DNA of 64,000 nucleotides from Vicinamibacterales bacterium (GCA_965218825.1 OZ244656.1:1882480-1946479), one strand, 5' to 3'. Positions 19,805-30,712 are shown, numbered from the stretch's first letter. A program made the numbers and translations. Notes: generated by a model from the sequence alone, not told the origin.

Positions 19805-20071
19805 CCCTCCTGTGTCCCACAAAACACGCTCGGAATGCTCGGTGGACCACTCGAGCGGTCTGGTTTTCTGCCGCCCTCAGGCGCTTCCAACCGCCGCGCT
19901 GTGGTCTATTCTTGCTCCGCCGTTCTCATGTCGAAACGTGTGCAGCGAGAGAAAGAAAGATTCGTCCAAGATCATCCAGATTGTGCGAAGAAAGAAGACG
20001 CTGTGGTATTTGTGGAGAATGTCAGAGGCCTTCTTGACGACAGCTTGGAAGGCGATGAAATAGGAAGGCAA

Positions 20072-21593
20072 TTAACCTTAATGCGTCATTTTTCTGAGCG
20101 AGCAATGGCGCTTTGGGATTGAAAAAGGCCTTCCAGTGTGGTTGAAAGGTGGTGCAACCCAACGCCTTCTTCCACACATGAAAGGCCACTGACCGTGAGA
20201 CGAAGAAAATCCGATTTGCATGCCCGTGTCAATAGGAATCTGCCGCTGGAGTTCGATGACGTTCGCCTCACGTCGTACGCCGGGCTGGAACTCTTGGAGC
20301 GCTACCTGCGCACCCGTCGCTTCAATCAGCTGGTGCGCGAGGCGTTTGCCGACCTGCCGCGCGGGGGCGACTTCGGGGTGGTGGTGATGGTGCGGGTGTT
20401 CGTCGGGTTGGTGATCGTTGGCGGCCGGCGCCTGCGGCATCTGGCCTCCGTCGCCGACGACCCGATCTTCCAGCGGTTCGGCAACGTGCGCGTCGTGCCC
20501 ACCGCGCGGACGTTGAGTCGGTGGCTGCGGCACTTCACGATGCGGACGGTCACCCGCTTCCAAGCCCTCAACGCGGCCGTCATGCGCCAGCTGCTGCCCA
20601 CGCTGGGGCTGCGCACCTGGACGGTCGATGTGGACGGCGTCGTCGTGTCGACGGGGTTGCAGGTCGAACGGGCGGCGCGGGGCTACAACCCGCACCAGCG
20701 GAAGGTGCCCAGCTACGACCCGATCATGGCGCACCTGGCCGAGACGACCCACATCCTGCGGGTCAAGAATCGGTCGGGCAACGTCCACGATGGGAAGGCG
20801 GGCCTGCCGTTCTTGCGGGCCCTGTGGCCGCAGCTGGTCGGGCTGCGCACGGGCGGGGCCCGGCTGCGGTTTCGCATGGATGGGGCGTTTTTCCGCCAGG
20901 ATGTGCTGCGGTGGTTGCAGGGCCGCGGCGTGGGCTATGCCATCAACGTCCCGTTCTATCGCTGGCTGGATCTGCAGCGCTACATCCGGGACAGTCCCAC
21001 CTGGGTGCCGGTGGCACCCGGCGTGACCGGCTTCGCCGTGCCGGGCGCGGAGACGCCCTGGCACATCCCCGTGACCGTGACCATCTATCGGAAGAAGGTC
21101 CACCACCGGGCCACCAAGAACTATTAGCTCGACCTGTTTGATCCTAACGATGGGCACTACGAATACTCGGCGGTCACGAGTAACCTCGCGCTGACGGTCC
21201 GCAACGTGTGGTACTTCGCCTGTGGGCGGGGCAACCACGAGAAGACCATCGCGCAGCTCAAGACCGGGCTGGCCTTCCACAGCGTCCCGACCCAGACCTA
21301 CGCCGCCAACAGTGCGTGGCAGCAGCTCGTGGTGCTCGCCCACAACCTGTTGACGAACTTCCAACTCGAGACGGGCGCCCCGCCGCGGCGCCGCACCCGG
21401 AAGCACACCGTCGTGCCCCTGCTGCAGAGCGTGCAGACGCTCCGCTTCGAACTGTTGCATCGGGCCGCCCTGCTGGTCCGCCCCGGTGGCAAGACGCGGT
21501 TGCGGATGACCGACAATCTCCCGACGCGTCAGACGTTCACCCGCATTGCCAACGCCCTCGCGAGCGGCTGAGTTTTTGACGCATTAGGGTTAA
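20072..21593 (+). mobile_element. IS1380-family IS (1522 bp)
   Basis: 17-bp IRs TTAACCTTAATGCGTCA / TTAACCCTAATGCGTCA (1 mismatch). Inserted in an AT-richer segment. Confidence 0.8.
20138..21571 (+). pseudogene. IS1380-family transposase interrupted by one in-frame TAG
   Basis: ORFs 20138-21127 and 21206-21571 are in the same frame. The only stop between them is TAG at 21125-21127 (KNY*LDLFDPNDGHYEY). Confidence 0.75.
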
Positions 21594-21833
21594 ATAGTAT
21601 TGTTCGCGACTTCACACTGTATGAGAACCTGACTCAACTCATCCACGATTACCCTGTGTTCAAGGAGCGCCTGACAGGCATTCAGTACGCCCCTCTGCTG
21701 GCTGTACAGGAGAGGATGTTGTAACCGCGGCCCTTTCGACTTCTGAGGAAACACCACAGCAGTGACACCGCGATTATAGTCTCCATGCTTGCGTCAGAGA
21801 CCGGGCTGGTCGTATCTTGAACCGAGACCTTCG

Positions 21834-22058
21834 ATGCCCCAGAGGACGGAAGCAGTTTACAGCGACGGCGTTCTGAAACCCACGCGGGCGCTGAGCCTTC
21901 GCGATCAGCAGCGGGTTCGTCTCCTTGTCGAGCCCATCGACGAGGGAGCCGGGGACTGCCACGCCGCTCTTGGTAGGCTCCGGGCCGGGATCGCACGCAT
22001 GCAGTTCTTCTCAAATGGGCCACTGCCCACGCGAGAGGAGTTGCATGACCGCGCTTGA
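21834..22058 (+). CDS. DUF104/AF2212-type antitoxin (VapB-like)
   Basis: MPQRTEAVYSDGVLKPTRALSLRDQQRVRLLVE signature. Overlaps the PIN gene by 14 nt. Confidence 0.7.
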   Translation: MPQRTEAVYSDGVLKPTRALSLRDQQRVRLLVEPIDEGAGDCHAALGRLRAGIARMQFFSNGPLPTREELHDRA

Positions 22059-22449
22059 TACCAACGTCCTCATTTACGCTTGCGACAAGTCCGATCCACG
22101 ACGGCAGCAGATCGCGCTTGAGCTGTTCGCCACGGTCACAGACGGTGTGCTCCTCTGGCAGGTCGCGTGCGAGTTCGTCGCGGCTTCACGAAAGCTGAAC
22201 GATCGGGGCTTCACTCCGATCGATGCATGGAACCGCCTGACCGAGCTTCTGGATGTGTTCCGCTTGGTGCTTCCGTCGGCAGACGTATTCCCTCGAGCTC
22301 AGGATCTTCACGTGAATCACCACATGTCTTCCTGGGATGCGCTGATCGTCGCGGCGTGCCTGGAAAGCGGTGTCGATACACTGTATTCGGAGGATGTTCC
22401 TGGACGTAACCAGTTCGGACCGCTCAAGGTCGTCAATCCGTTCGGCTGA
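22045..22449 (+). CDS. vapC: PIN-domain toxin VapC
   Basis: MTALDTNVLIYA start, internal acidic residues and SWDALIVAACL...LYSED are typical PIN features. Confidence 0.8.
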   Translation: MTALDTNVLIYACDKSDPRRQQIALELFATVTDGVLLWQVACEFVAASRKLNDRGFTPIDAWNRLTELLDVFRLVLPSADVFPRAQDLHVNHHMSSWDALIVAACLESGVDTLYSEDVPGRNQFGPLKVVNPFG

Positions 22450-22716
22450 TGCAGCACGTAGGAGGAGTTCTTGCGTCAAGCGATCAAACGCGACACCTCA
22501 CCTCGCGCGACACGCAGCCAGTCAGCGTTCGTGTCACAGACGGGTGGGCAACCGTGAGCGACGTCTTCGTCGACGGCGCGCCACTCGAGGCGCTAGCCGA
22601 TGGCACGAGCCCATCCGTGGTGTTCGCTGTTTGAGCGACTGACGCCCCACACCGAAGAAGGCCTCGGTCTTGCGGATGGACACACCCCGCACGGAGGCGT
22701 CGAGACTCTCGATCCC

Positions 22717-24117
22717 TTAACAGCCCGTGGTGCAAGTGATCGCCGCTGACGAGTTGACGGCAAACGTGGCCAGTGACGCGAGCCGACCGCGCACGGCCGG
22801 GATGAGTCGATGCGACGACGAAATCGTGGTGAGCCGACGTCGGACGACGCCCATGAGCACCCCTAACGTCGCAAGAACAGCGGCCACGCGGCCCTGCAGC
22901 CCGCGCGGCGTGCCGATCCCGATCAGATGACGCATGACGAGCCCGAGATTGAAGCCACCCGCATGAATCAGGAGGCGCTTCAGGATGTTCGTGTGGCCGC
23001 GCAGATGGGTGCGCCGCATCCCGCCCGTGTCGTAGAGATGCGCAAACGAGCGTTCGATCCGTTCGCCGCGTTGGCGCATCAGGCGGCGGCCGCGTCGTCC
23101 CCGCATCCGGCGACGATTGCCATACACCGGCGCCCGGGCCTCGGGATCCTTCGACCAATCACGTCGCCCCCTGTCCGGCTCGGACACGTAGGACCGGATA
23201 CCCACGGCGTCCAGGTCGATCAGGGTCTGATTGCTGTGATACCCCTTATCACCGACGATCTCTTCCAGAGACTGCCGATCGTCAACGTTGGCCTGCGCGT
23301 CTTCGACCTGCTCGGTCGCGGCGATGGCGGTCTCGATGATCGTCGTGGTGTCGCCGACATCGGCACCTTGCAGTGTCACCGCGACAATCGCGCCGGTCTC
23401 CATGTCGACGGCATGCTCGGCTTTGTGCGCCAGATGCGTGCGGCCATCTGTCATCTTCGTGACCTTCGCATCGGGATCGTGGGGGTTCGTCCAGTCTGTG
23501 TTCGAGGTCTTCTTCTTCCGCTTCCGATCCAGTCGCGCCAGACCCTCGCGCGTGGGCGTCTCGATCCCCGAGGCCGTCGCGAGACCCGCCAGAAACGCCT
23601 GGTAGCTCTCGCCGGTGTCCCGGCGGACGATGCTGCGCATCGCCGCGTTCGCCTCGAGCGTCGTGGCGTCAATCGCGATGGTCTTGCCCTTCAGACGGCC
23701 GGCCTCGACGAGTCGTTGTTGCACCCACGTAAAGACGGTCCGGTGCGTCTCCAGATCGATCAAGCGCCGCGTGCGCGCAATCGTCGAATGATCGGGTGGC
23801 GCCTCGTCCACGGCCAACCGCAGAAAGCTGCGGACCGCCAACGAGTCCGTCGCGCGCCACGCAATCCCGCGTTCCGAGTCGATGCCTTCGAAGTAGCCGA
23901 CCAGCAGCAGGCGGAAGTAGCGCCCGGGTGCCAAGCTCGGTCGGCCCATCACGGGCGCGTAGAACCGGTCACACAGGCCTTCGACGAACCGATCGAAGGG
24001 GTGCCCGTCGAGCAGCGTCGTCAGCCGCGCGTAGAACGGATGGCCCGGCGAGGTGGGCAGGTCCGACGTCGCGATCCACAGCGGCGGTTGATCCGTCTCG
24101 CGCGTTCCCATAGCCAT
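22717..24117 (-). CDS. IS1182/IS5-type DDE transposase (466 aa)
   Basis: PFYARLTTLL...FEGIDSERGIAWRATDSLAVRSFL...DKGYHS...ERSFAHLYDTGGMRRTHLRG signature. The ORF reads through the IR to a flank stop. Confidence 0.8.
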   Translation of the reverse strand: MAMGTRETDQPPLWIATSDLPTSPGHPFYARLTTLLDGHPFDRFVEGLCDRFYAPVMGRPSLAPGRYFRLLLVGYFEGIDSERGIAWRATDSLAVRSFLRLAVDEAPPDHSTIARTRRLIDLETHRTVFTWVQQRLVEAGRLKGKTIAIDATTLEANAAMRSIVRRDTGESYQAFLAGLATASGIETPTREGLARLDRKRKKKTSNTDWTNPHDPDAKVTKMTDGRTHLAHKAEHAVDMETGAIVAVTLQGADVGDTTTIIETAIAATEQVEDAQANVDDRQSLEEIVGDKGYHSNQTLIDLDAVGIRSYVSEPDRGRRDWSKDPEARAPVYGNRRRMRGRRGRRLMRQRGERIERSFAHLYDTGGMRRTHLRGHTNILKRLLIHAGGFNLGLVMRHLIGIGTPRGLQGRVAAVLATLGVLMGVVRRRLTTISSSHRLIPAVRGRLASLATFAVNSSAAITCTTGC

Positions 24118-24185
24118 GCGCGTCAGTGTAGTACGACGGATCGATTGTGTCGATCCCTCATAACTTCGACTTTCACCACGGGCTG
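22721..24185 (-). mobile_element. IS5-superfamily (IS1182-like) IS, copy 1
   Basis: 12-bp IRs CAGCCCGTGGTG / CACCACGGGCTG. Flanks are TAA on the left and (A)TAA on the right. Confidence 0.8.
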
Positions 24186-24201
24186 ATAATGGGCCGACCC
24201 C

Positions 24202-24727
24202 TCATGCGGCCTCTCGAGAGTAGAAACTGAGCAGTCCGCCGAGGCGCTCACGCCGCTGCACGTCGGCGTCGGTCGTTGCAGGAGCTGGTTGTCGAGTCCC
24301 TGGTGGTTTCTCTCACGATGGTCATCCTCGACGTACTCGTGGACGATGAGGCGCACATGCCCCTCGCCGAGCGGGACGACGCGATGGAGGCACTCTTCTG
24401 TGATCGACCGGACGAACCGCTCGGCATAGGCGTTGAGATTCGGACTCTTCGGCGGCAGCCGGATTGGCCCACCATCGCCACTTGTCAGGATCTCGCCACA
24501 GACCCGCGTGTAGAGGGGATCGCAGTCCTGCATCAGCTGGCGCACGGTCCGCAGGAAGCCGTCGACCGGATCGGTCAGATTGCGGGCCATCTGCTCCATC
24601 CACCGGCCAGCGGGGTGCGGGTGGATCCCGGCGATGTGCACACGGCGGGTCTTCAGCTCGATCACGAAGACGACGAAATACCGCCGCAGACCGGCCAGTG
24701 TGCGCACCTCGACCGTGAAGAGATCGG
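24202..24727 (-). pseudogene. rve-type integrase/transposase, N-truncated and frameshifted
   Basis: DLFTVEV...[22 protein letters not shown]...NHQGL. The expected tail [17 protein letters not shown] is in another frame, with its stop at 24202. Confidence 0.7.
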
Positions 24728-25020
24728 CCGCCGAGGCGATTGCCGGGGCGATCGGCCTGTCGGGGTCGACGGTGTCCCGCGCGTTCATTCAGGCCAGCGC
24801 GACGAAACTCCGCGAGCTCCAGGAGCGGGACCTCTCCGGGGAGGACGTCGTGGCCGTGGTCCTGGACGGCAAGACGTTCGCCGATGCGACGATGGTCGTC
24901 GCGCTGGGCATCACGATGACGGGGGACAAACGGTTCCTGGGCTTCGTCGAGACGGACACGGAGAACGAGAAGGTGGTGACCCCGTTCCTCCGGTCCTTGG
25001 TCGAGCGGGGCCTCGATGTC

Positions 25021-26406
25021 GAGATATAGGCAAATGTTGTGTATAAGGCGTCAGGCGGCTTTCTGTCTCACGCCGTCAACGAAGGGCACCCCGTCGATGA
25101 CCTCGGCGATTAGCTGAGACCCGTTCAGCGCTCTCCATTGTTTCTGCGCGGCCATCGCCAGCTTGAACACCATCGTCAAGCAGGCCAGTCGGCTGCCCGC
25201 GCCCTTGGTCTTCCTCGTGCGGAGCCGGACGGTCGCGAACGTGGACTCGACCGGGTTCGTGGTACGGATGTGCATCCAGTGTTCGGCCGGAAAGGCGTAG
25301 AAGGTCAGGAGAACATCCCGGTCCTTCACCAGGCAGGTCGTCGCGGCTGGGAACTTTGCGGCAAACGTCGCCACAAAGAGGGCGAAGGCTTGGTCGGCCG
25401 CCGCCTGCGTCTCGGCCATCCAGCTGTCGTGAAGCATGGCTGTCGCCTTGGGTTGCACACCCTTGGGGAGCTTGTTGAGCACGTTCGCCGTCTTGTGGAC
25501 CCAACACCGCTGCTCACGGGTGTTCGGAAACACTTTCCGCACGGCGCCCCAGAAGCCGAGGCCCCCGTCGCCGATGGCGAGCTCGGGATCGATCGTGAGT
25601 CCGCGGGCACGGACATCGAGCAGCAACTCGCGCCATGACTGTTCGCTCTCCCGGTAGCCATCGGTGATCGCGATGAGCTCCTTCGTCCCGTCTCGGGTGG
25701 CGCCCATCAGCACCAGAATGCATTGCCGTTTGTTGTCCGTGTCCTCGAGCCGGACGTTGAAGTACACGCCGTCGGCCCAGACGTAGGCGTAGCGCGTGTA
25801 CGCCAACGACCGCTTCGACCAGTCCTGGTACTCGTGCGCCCACACTGCCTTCAGCCGCGTGATGGTCGTCGCCGATAACCCGCGCGCCTCGGGCCCCAAC
25901 AACGCCTGGAGCGCCTCGCCGAAGCCGCCGGTGCTGATGCCCTTGAGATAAAGCCAGGGATACAGGGCCTCCAAGCTGGGGGTCTTCCGCAGATAGGGCG
26001 GCAGGACCGCCGACCGGAACGTCTCGCGCTCGTCGGCGGGCCGGCGGTCCCGGACCCGCGGTTGCTGCACCTGGACGTCCCCGACTGGGGTCTGTATCGT
26101 CCGGTCGGGCAAGCGGCCGTTGCGGACCACACCCCGTTGCCCGGCGGCGTCCACGGTGGTCGCCCGAGCATCCAGATACTCGTCAACCTCCGCCTCGATC
26201 GCCGTGGCCAGCATTCGCTGCGCCCCGGTGCGCAGCACATCGGTCAACACGTCGCGGGCCGATGCCTGTGGGAACTCGACCAACTTTTCGCTAGGCTTCG
26301 TCATGGTGGCGTACCTCCTTGCCCCTTGGGGTGAACTGGGTGCCTCAGCAACACCCAGGGTACGCCGCCTGTTCACAGCCTCATACCCAACTTTCGGTTA
26401 TACCTC
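25021..26406 (-). mobile_element. IS256-family IS, type 1, copy 3 (complete, 9-bp TSD)
   Basis: CTCGATGTC at 25012-25020 and 26407-26415. Same IRs as copy 2. Confidence 0.95.
25051..26376 (-). CDS. IS256-family transposase (441 aa)
   Basis: Differs from 12499-13824 by a few residues only. Confidence 0.9.
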   Translation of the reverse strand: MNRRRTLGVAEAPSSPQGARRYATMTKPSEKLVEFPQASARDVLTDVLRTGAQRMLATAIEAEVDEYLDARATTVDAAGQRGVVRNGRLPDRTIQTPVGDVQVQQPRVRDRRPADERETFRSAVLPPYLRKTPSLEALYPWLYLKGISTGGFGEALQALLGPEARGLSATTITRLKAVWAHEYQDWSKRSLAYTRYAYVWADGVYFNVRLEDTDNKRQCILVLMGATRDGTKELIAITDGYRESEQSWRELLLDVRARGLTIDPELAIGDGGLGFWGAVRKVFPNTREQRCWVHKTANVLNKLPKGVQPKATAMLHDSWMAETQAAADQAFALFVATFAAKFPAATTCLVKDRDVLLTFYAFPAEHWMHIRTTNPVESTFATVRLRTRKTKGAGSRLACLTMVFKLAMAAQKQWRALNGSQLIAEVIDGVPFVDGVRQKAA

Positions 26407-27028
26407 CTCGATGTCTCCCAGGGACTTCTGGTGATCGTAGATGGCGGCAAGGGGCTCCGGGCGGCCGTGCGGAAAGCCTTCCGCCACCGCGCCCTGGTGC
26501 AACGGTGTCAATGGCACAAGCGCGAGAACGTGGTGAGTTACTTGGCCAAGAGTGAGCAGCCGGTGTGGCGGCAGCGTCTCCAGCACGCCTACAACCGTCC
26601 GGCGTACGACGAGGCCCTCGCCGCCCTCCAGTCGCTCCAGCATGAGCTGGAGGATCGGAACCAATCGGCGGCCGGCAGTCTGGCGGAAGGCCTCGACGAG
26701 ACCCTGACGTTGCATCGCCTCGGGGTGTACGGCCTGTTGGGCCGATCGCTGAAGACGACGAACGGCCTCGAGTCCATCAACGCGCTCATTGAGGAGCGCT
26801 GTGCGAAGGTCGATCACTGGCAGAACTCGAGTCAACGCCAGCGCTGGCTGGCCACTGCGCTCCTGGACATCGAGCCGCGCCTACGTAAGGTGATGGGCTA
26901 CCGGCACCTGCCCAGGCTTCGTGACGCATTGAAGCGAGAGCTGAAGATCGACACGACACCGTCGAAGAAGAGAGCCGCGTAAGCAATCAGGAGCCGCGGA
27001 GAGTTCCAACTAGGAATGGGCTTGACTC

Positions 27029-27511
27029 TTTACGAGCTGCTGTGTCAGTTGTTCCAGGCGAGACAGACCTTCCTCGCGTCGGCGGTAGAACTCGGCCATT
27101 TCTGGACTCCCGATGGCCCAGGGCTGTCAATGATTGCGAGACGACGCGCGGACGATTCAGGAAGATTGGATGGGGTGCCTGAACGGTCACGCCAGCTTCG
27201 CCGGTGGATGTGCCCCGCGTAAAGCCCACGCCCACGCCGAGGTTCCCTCGCAACCGGATCGTCCCATTCGCGCGGAACAGGCCACCGCTGCGATCGATGT
27301 TGTAGTTGGTATCCATGAGCATCGGCTCGCCAAACAAGATGCCGATCTCGCCGAGGTCCTGGAGCTGCTGGCTGCCACTCTGTCCCCCTCCATCGACACT
27401 CAAGAAGTAGCGCGGTTCGACGACGCTCGGTTGAGCCTCTACACCCGACGCTGCCGCAAACATGAGCAGCCACACGATTGCCCCACCAACTACCAATTGT
27501 GATCGCATCAT
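27029..27511 (-). pseudogene. signal-peptide beta-barrel-like outer-membrane protein, C-terminus cut by IS
   Basis: N-terminal signal peptide. Shares a PHP(I/L)F block with the 37424-38179 protein. The ORF runs into the IS terminus at 27028. Confidence 0.4.
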
Positions 27512-27728
27512 TTATCGATCCGCCCAGATCGACGCGCCGTAGCCTTCGAGAACGATAGCCGTTACCTGCAGCCACCCGACTCGCGCGAGCTCGCGCATCC
27601 TAGCACAGCCCTCCTCGAACGGGCCAGCGACCCAAGTTTTAGACGTTCTTCGCAAAATACAATATCATCGTGGGCCGTCGGTCATGACCCGTTTGGCAAC
27701 CGACCTCAGGAGCGCCACAAACGTGAAG

Positions 27729-29048
27729 ATGGAACTTAGCGTTGTCTGCCTAGCCTCGCTGGCGACAGCCGTTGCGATGGTTGCCTGCGGCTCCGATTCC
27801 ACGACGCCGACCGCGCCGAGCGCATCCACCGGTTTGGTTGGGTCCCCACTCGGCGCGCTCGCGGTCGACCCGGGCTTGCCCCCGGGTTCAGTCACCGTCA
27901 AGGCTACCGCACCCGCTCCCCTTTCGCCGCCCGACGGCGACGACGTCGGCGCTGGATCGGTGGTGCTGACCGTGACCGACCCGGCCCCAGTCTACAACGT
28001 ACCATGGGCGTTCGACGTCCGCTTCGAAATCTTTGAAAACGCCAATCCGAGTACGCCCACTCACTCTGCAGCCGTGCCCCAAGGCAACGGGACCACGAGC
28101 TACAGCGTACCAGCGGGTGTGCTCCAGCCCGACACCTACTACGTCTGGCGCGCCCGAGCGGAGAGCGAGGGAGAGGGCGGACCGTGGTCGGACATCTTCG
28201 GCTTCACCGTCGTACCCTTGATTATCGATCCGCCGATTCCTTTGGATCCGATAGGCGGCATCGTCGCCACGTCGCTCCGACCCCTCTTCACCGTCAGGAA
28301 TGGTGCGGTCACCGGTGAAGTCGGGACGGTGTTGATCGAAGTCGTGGTCGCGCTTGACGAGCTGTTCACCGACGTCATCGCCGTGAGCCGCACCACAGCC
28401 CGATCCCGTGGGGAGACCAACATCCCGATCTCCCAGAACCTCGAGCCTGAGACCACTCACTTCTGGCGGGCGAGAGGCACGAACGAAGACCTCCCGTTCA
28501 CGGTGGTACCGCCACTTGACGACGGGCCGGCGAGCCCCTTGCCGATCCACGGTGGCGTGGACGTGAGCAGCGAGTGGTCCTCCACCGAGACGTTCGTGAC
28601 GCCCGACGCCTCGGCGGCTGGTACGTTTAACGGAGCCGGTAGCAGTCCGAACGCGCCCTTCACGACTCCAGGTGGAAGCCCTCCCAACCTCCATTCTGTC
28701 GTCAACGCCGTTGCCATGGCACATCCCGGGGCGCTGGCTAATTCCTGCCAGTTGGACGGTGGGTCGTGGGAATTCATGGATCGTGTGGTCGAGGCCCTAC
28801 GGGCTATTGACGGTCGCTGGGGATACAACTGCAAGCGCGGAAACTGCAATGATCTTTCGTTGGACGTCGTCGACTACTATCGCGGCTCGGTCCAGACCAC
28901 GGCCGCCGCTAATGGCAGCAGCGACGTCGCTATCTTTGACATCATCGTCAATCACTGCAATCAATTCAACCCGACGCCCGGCTGGTTGGACCTGACGCAC
29001 GAGACCGAGGAGGGTGGGTCAATCGGCAGATTCAAATACCCGCGGTAG
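27729..29048 (+). CDS. lipoprotein with repeated Ig/FN3-like modules
   Basis: MELSVVCLASLATAVAMVACGSD lipobox. Repeated Y(Y)VWRARA / HFWRARG blocks. Confidence 0.65.
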   Translation: MELSVVCLASLATAVAMVACGSDSTTPTAPSASTGLVGSPLGALAVDPGLPPGSVTVKATAPAPLSPPDGDDVGAGSVVLTVTDPAPVYNVPWAFDVRFEIFENANPSTPTHSAAVPQGNGTTSYSVPAGVLQPDTYYVWRARAESEGEGGPWSDIFGFTVVPLIIDPPIPLDPIGGIVATSLRPLFTVRNGAVTGEVGTVLIEVVVALDELFTDVIAVSRTTARSRGETNIPISQNLEPETTHFWRARGTNEDLPFTVVPPLDDGPASPLPIHGGVDVSSEWSSTETFVTPDASAAGTFNGAGSSPNAPFTTPGGSPPNLHSVVNAVAMAHPGALANSCQLDGGSWEFMDRVVEALRAIDGRWGYNCKRGNCNDLSLDVVDYYRGSVQTTAAANGSSDVAIFDIIVNHCNQFNPTPGWLDLTHETEEGGSIGRFKYPR

Positions 29049-29758
29049 TGCCTGCCGATTTTTACCGGTGGTTCTCTGAGCGACGTCTCACCGCGTACGG
29101 CACCGCGCGACGCGGTCGCATCGAGCAATCGCGGCTCGCGCTCCTCTCCCGTCACAGCGCGCCACCAGGCGACTTGCTTGAGATCGGTCCGGGCGAAGGC
29201 TCGCTGGCACAGCGTGCCGCGGCGTCGGGATGGAGCTATCGCGCGATCGAAGCCAGTCCTGTCCTCGCCGAGGCCCTGCGTGCCAAGGGGTTCGCCGTCA
29301 CCGAAGCGTGGGCCCCGCCGATCGCTGCTGCAGAGGCAAGCTGTGACGTCATCTACGCCGACCAGGTGCTCGAACACATGTCGGGTATCGAGTCCGCTCG
29401 CGCGTTCGTGGCGGAATCGTGGCGCGCCCTGAAGCCTTCGGGCGTCGCCTTCATCGTCGTTCCGGACTATCTGAAAGAACGGACCTTCTTCTGGGATGTC
29501 GATTACACCCACAACTTCGTCACCACCGAGCGTCGGGTCCGCCAACTCCTGCACGACGGTGGTTTCGCTGTCGAGGAAGTCGTTCGCAGTATCGGAACAA
29601 GTACTGGCGTCGCGCGCGACGCTCTCGCGGCTCTGGCGCTATTGGTCGAACTCCCAGGCGTGAATGCGCTGTCGCGCCACACCAGAACTGAAGACCTCGT
29701 ATTTAGGATTCGCAAGAATTTGTTTGAAACGCTCGCATTCGTCGCTCGCAAGCGCTGA
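29048..29758 (+). CDS. class I SAM-dependent methyltransferase
   Basis: LLEIGPGEGSLA motif I and ADQVLEHM. Confidence 0.7.
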   Translation: MPADFYRWFSERRLTAYGTARRGRIEQSRLALLSRHSAPPGDLLEIGPGEGSLAQRAAASGWSYRAIEASPVLAEALRAKGFAVTEAWAPPIAAAEASCDVIYADQVLEHMSGIESARAFVAESWRALKPSGVAFIVVPDYLKERTFFWDVDYTHNFVTTERRVRQLLHDGGFAVEEVVRSIGTSTGVARDALAALALLVELPGVNALSRHTRTEDLVFRIRKNLFETLAFVARKR

Positions 29759-29760
29759 CC

Positions 29761-30702
29761 TTGGTCGTGCCTAGCGCCCTGCAGTCGGTCTGGATCCGCG
29801 GCGCCATCACGGTGGCCATTCTGGCCTACCTCGGCTCCCGAATTGACATGCCGGCCACGGGCCTCGCCCTCCTGTCGGTTGATCTGCGCTATCTCCTCCT
29901 CGTTCTCCTGCTCATCGCGGTGGACCGCGCCGGGATGATCCTCCGTTGGATTCTCCTCCTCAAGAGTAGCGGTCACTCCGTGAGCGCAAAATCTGCCGCG
30001 TGGATCCACATGGTGAGTACGTTTCTGGGAAGCGTCCTCCCAGCCGGAGTCGGTGGCGACGTCGCACGCGCATATACGCTGTCGCAACGGACGGCACGAG
30101 GCAGTGAGGCGGTGGCCTCGGTCGCCGTAGACCGTCTCGTTGGCGTCACGTCGCTCGCCGTCATGGGCGTGGTCGGCCTCATCGTGTGGATGCTCCGCCG
30201 CGGTGAAGCGCCACAGACGCTCTCTCTCGTGGCTATTCTGTTCATCATGGCGATTGGGAGCCTTGTCGTCTGGTCTGATCGCGTGGTCCGCCGAGTCCTG
30301 CCGTCGTCGTGGCACGCCTCCGGCCTCGTGTCGCGGCTGTTGGAGCTCTCCGATGCGGTTGCCGGATACAGGCGCCGGCCGGCAGCGCTAGGAGTGGTGT
30401 TCCTGGTCTCCCTCGGTGTGCAGACGCTCCGCATTGTCGAAGCCTATCTCCTCGGACGCGGTCTCGGCATTCAGGTTGCGTTCAGCTCCTACCTCGTGTT
30501 CATGCCGGTCGGATTGCTCGCGTTCATGCTCCCCATCTCGGTCGCCGGGTTCGGCCTCCCGCAAGGTGTCATCGTGTGGCTCCTCCGGCCGCTTGGGGTG
30601 TCCGATCCACTATCGTTCGCCCTGTCGACCCTCTTCGTCTTAACCGGACTGGTTGGCCACCTTCCCGGCGCGTTGCTCTACGCTCGATCGAGGAAGGGAT
30701 AG
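29761..30702 (+). CDS. UPF0104 / flippase-like (LPG-synthase TM-type) membrane protein
   Basis: Polytopic membrane ORF with the layout typical of this family. TTG start. Confidence 0.55.
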   Translation: MVVPSALQSVWIRGAITVAILAYLGSRIDMPATGLALLSVDLRYLLLVLLLIAVDRAGMILRWILLLKSSGHSVSAKSAAWIHMVSTFLGSVLPAGVGGDVARAYTLSQRTARGSEAVASVAVDRLVGVTSLAVMGVVGLIVWMLRRGEAPQTLSLVAILFIMAIGSLVVWSDRVVRRVLPSSWHASGLVSRLLELSDAVAGYRRRPAALGVVFLVSLGVQTLRIVEAYLLGRGLGIQVAFSSYLVFMPVGLLAFMLPISVAGFGLPQGVIVWLLRPLGVSDPLSFALSTLFVLTGLVGHLPGALLYARSRKG

Positions 30703-30712
30703 GGTTCGCCGA

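Larger units (their letters stand above)
24728..27028 (+). mobile_element. IS256-family IS, type 2b (diverged from type 2), 5-prime truncated and split by IS256 type 1
   Basis: ORFs 24580-25029 and 26431-26982 are colinear with transposase 14820-16151. Right terminus ...GGAATGGGCTTGACTC ends at 27028. Confidence 0.8.

Noticed and set aside
20078-21460. 460-aa ORF antisense to the IS1380 transposase
   Set aside because: A shadow ORF. It has no motifs and biased composition, and the sense strand carries clear transposase signatures. The same reasoning applies to 22927-24186, 48338-49663, 18692-20122, 33408-34646 and 56066-57091.
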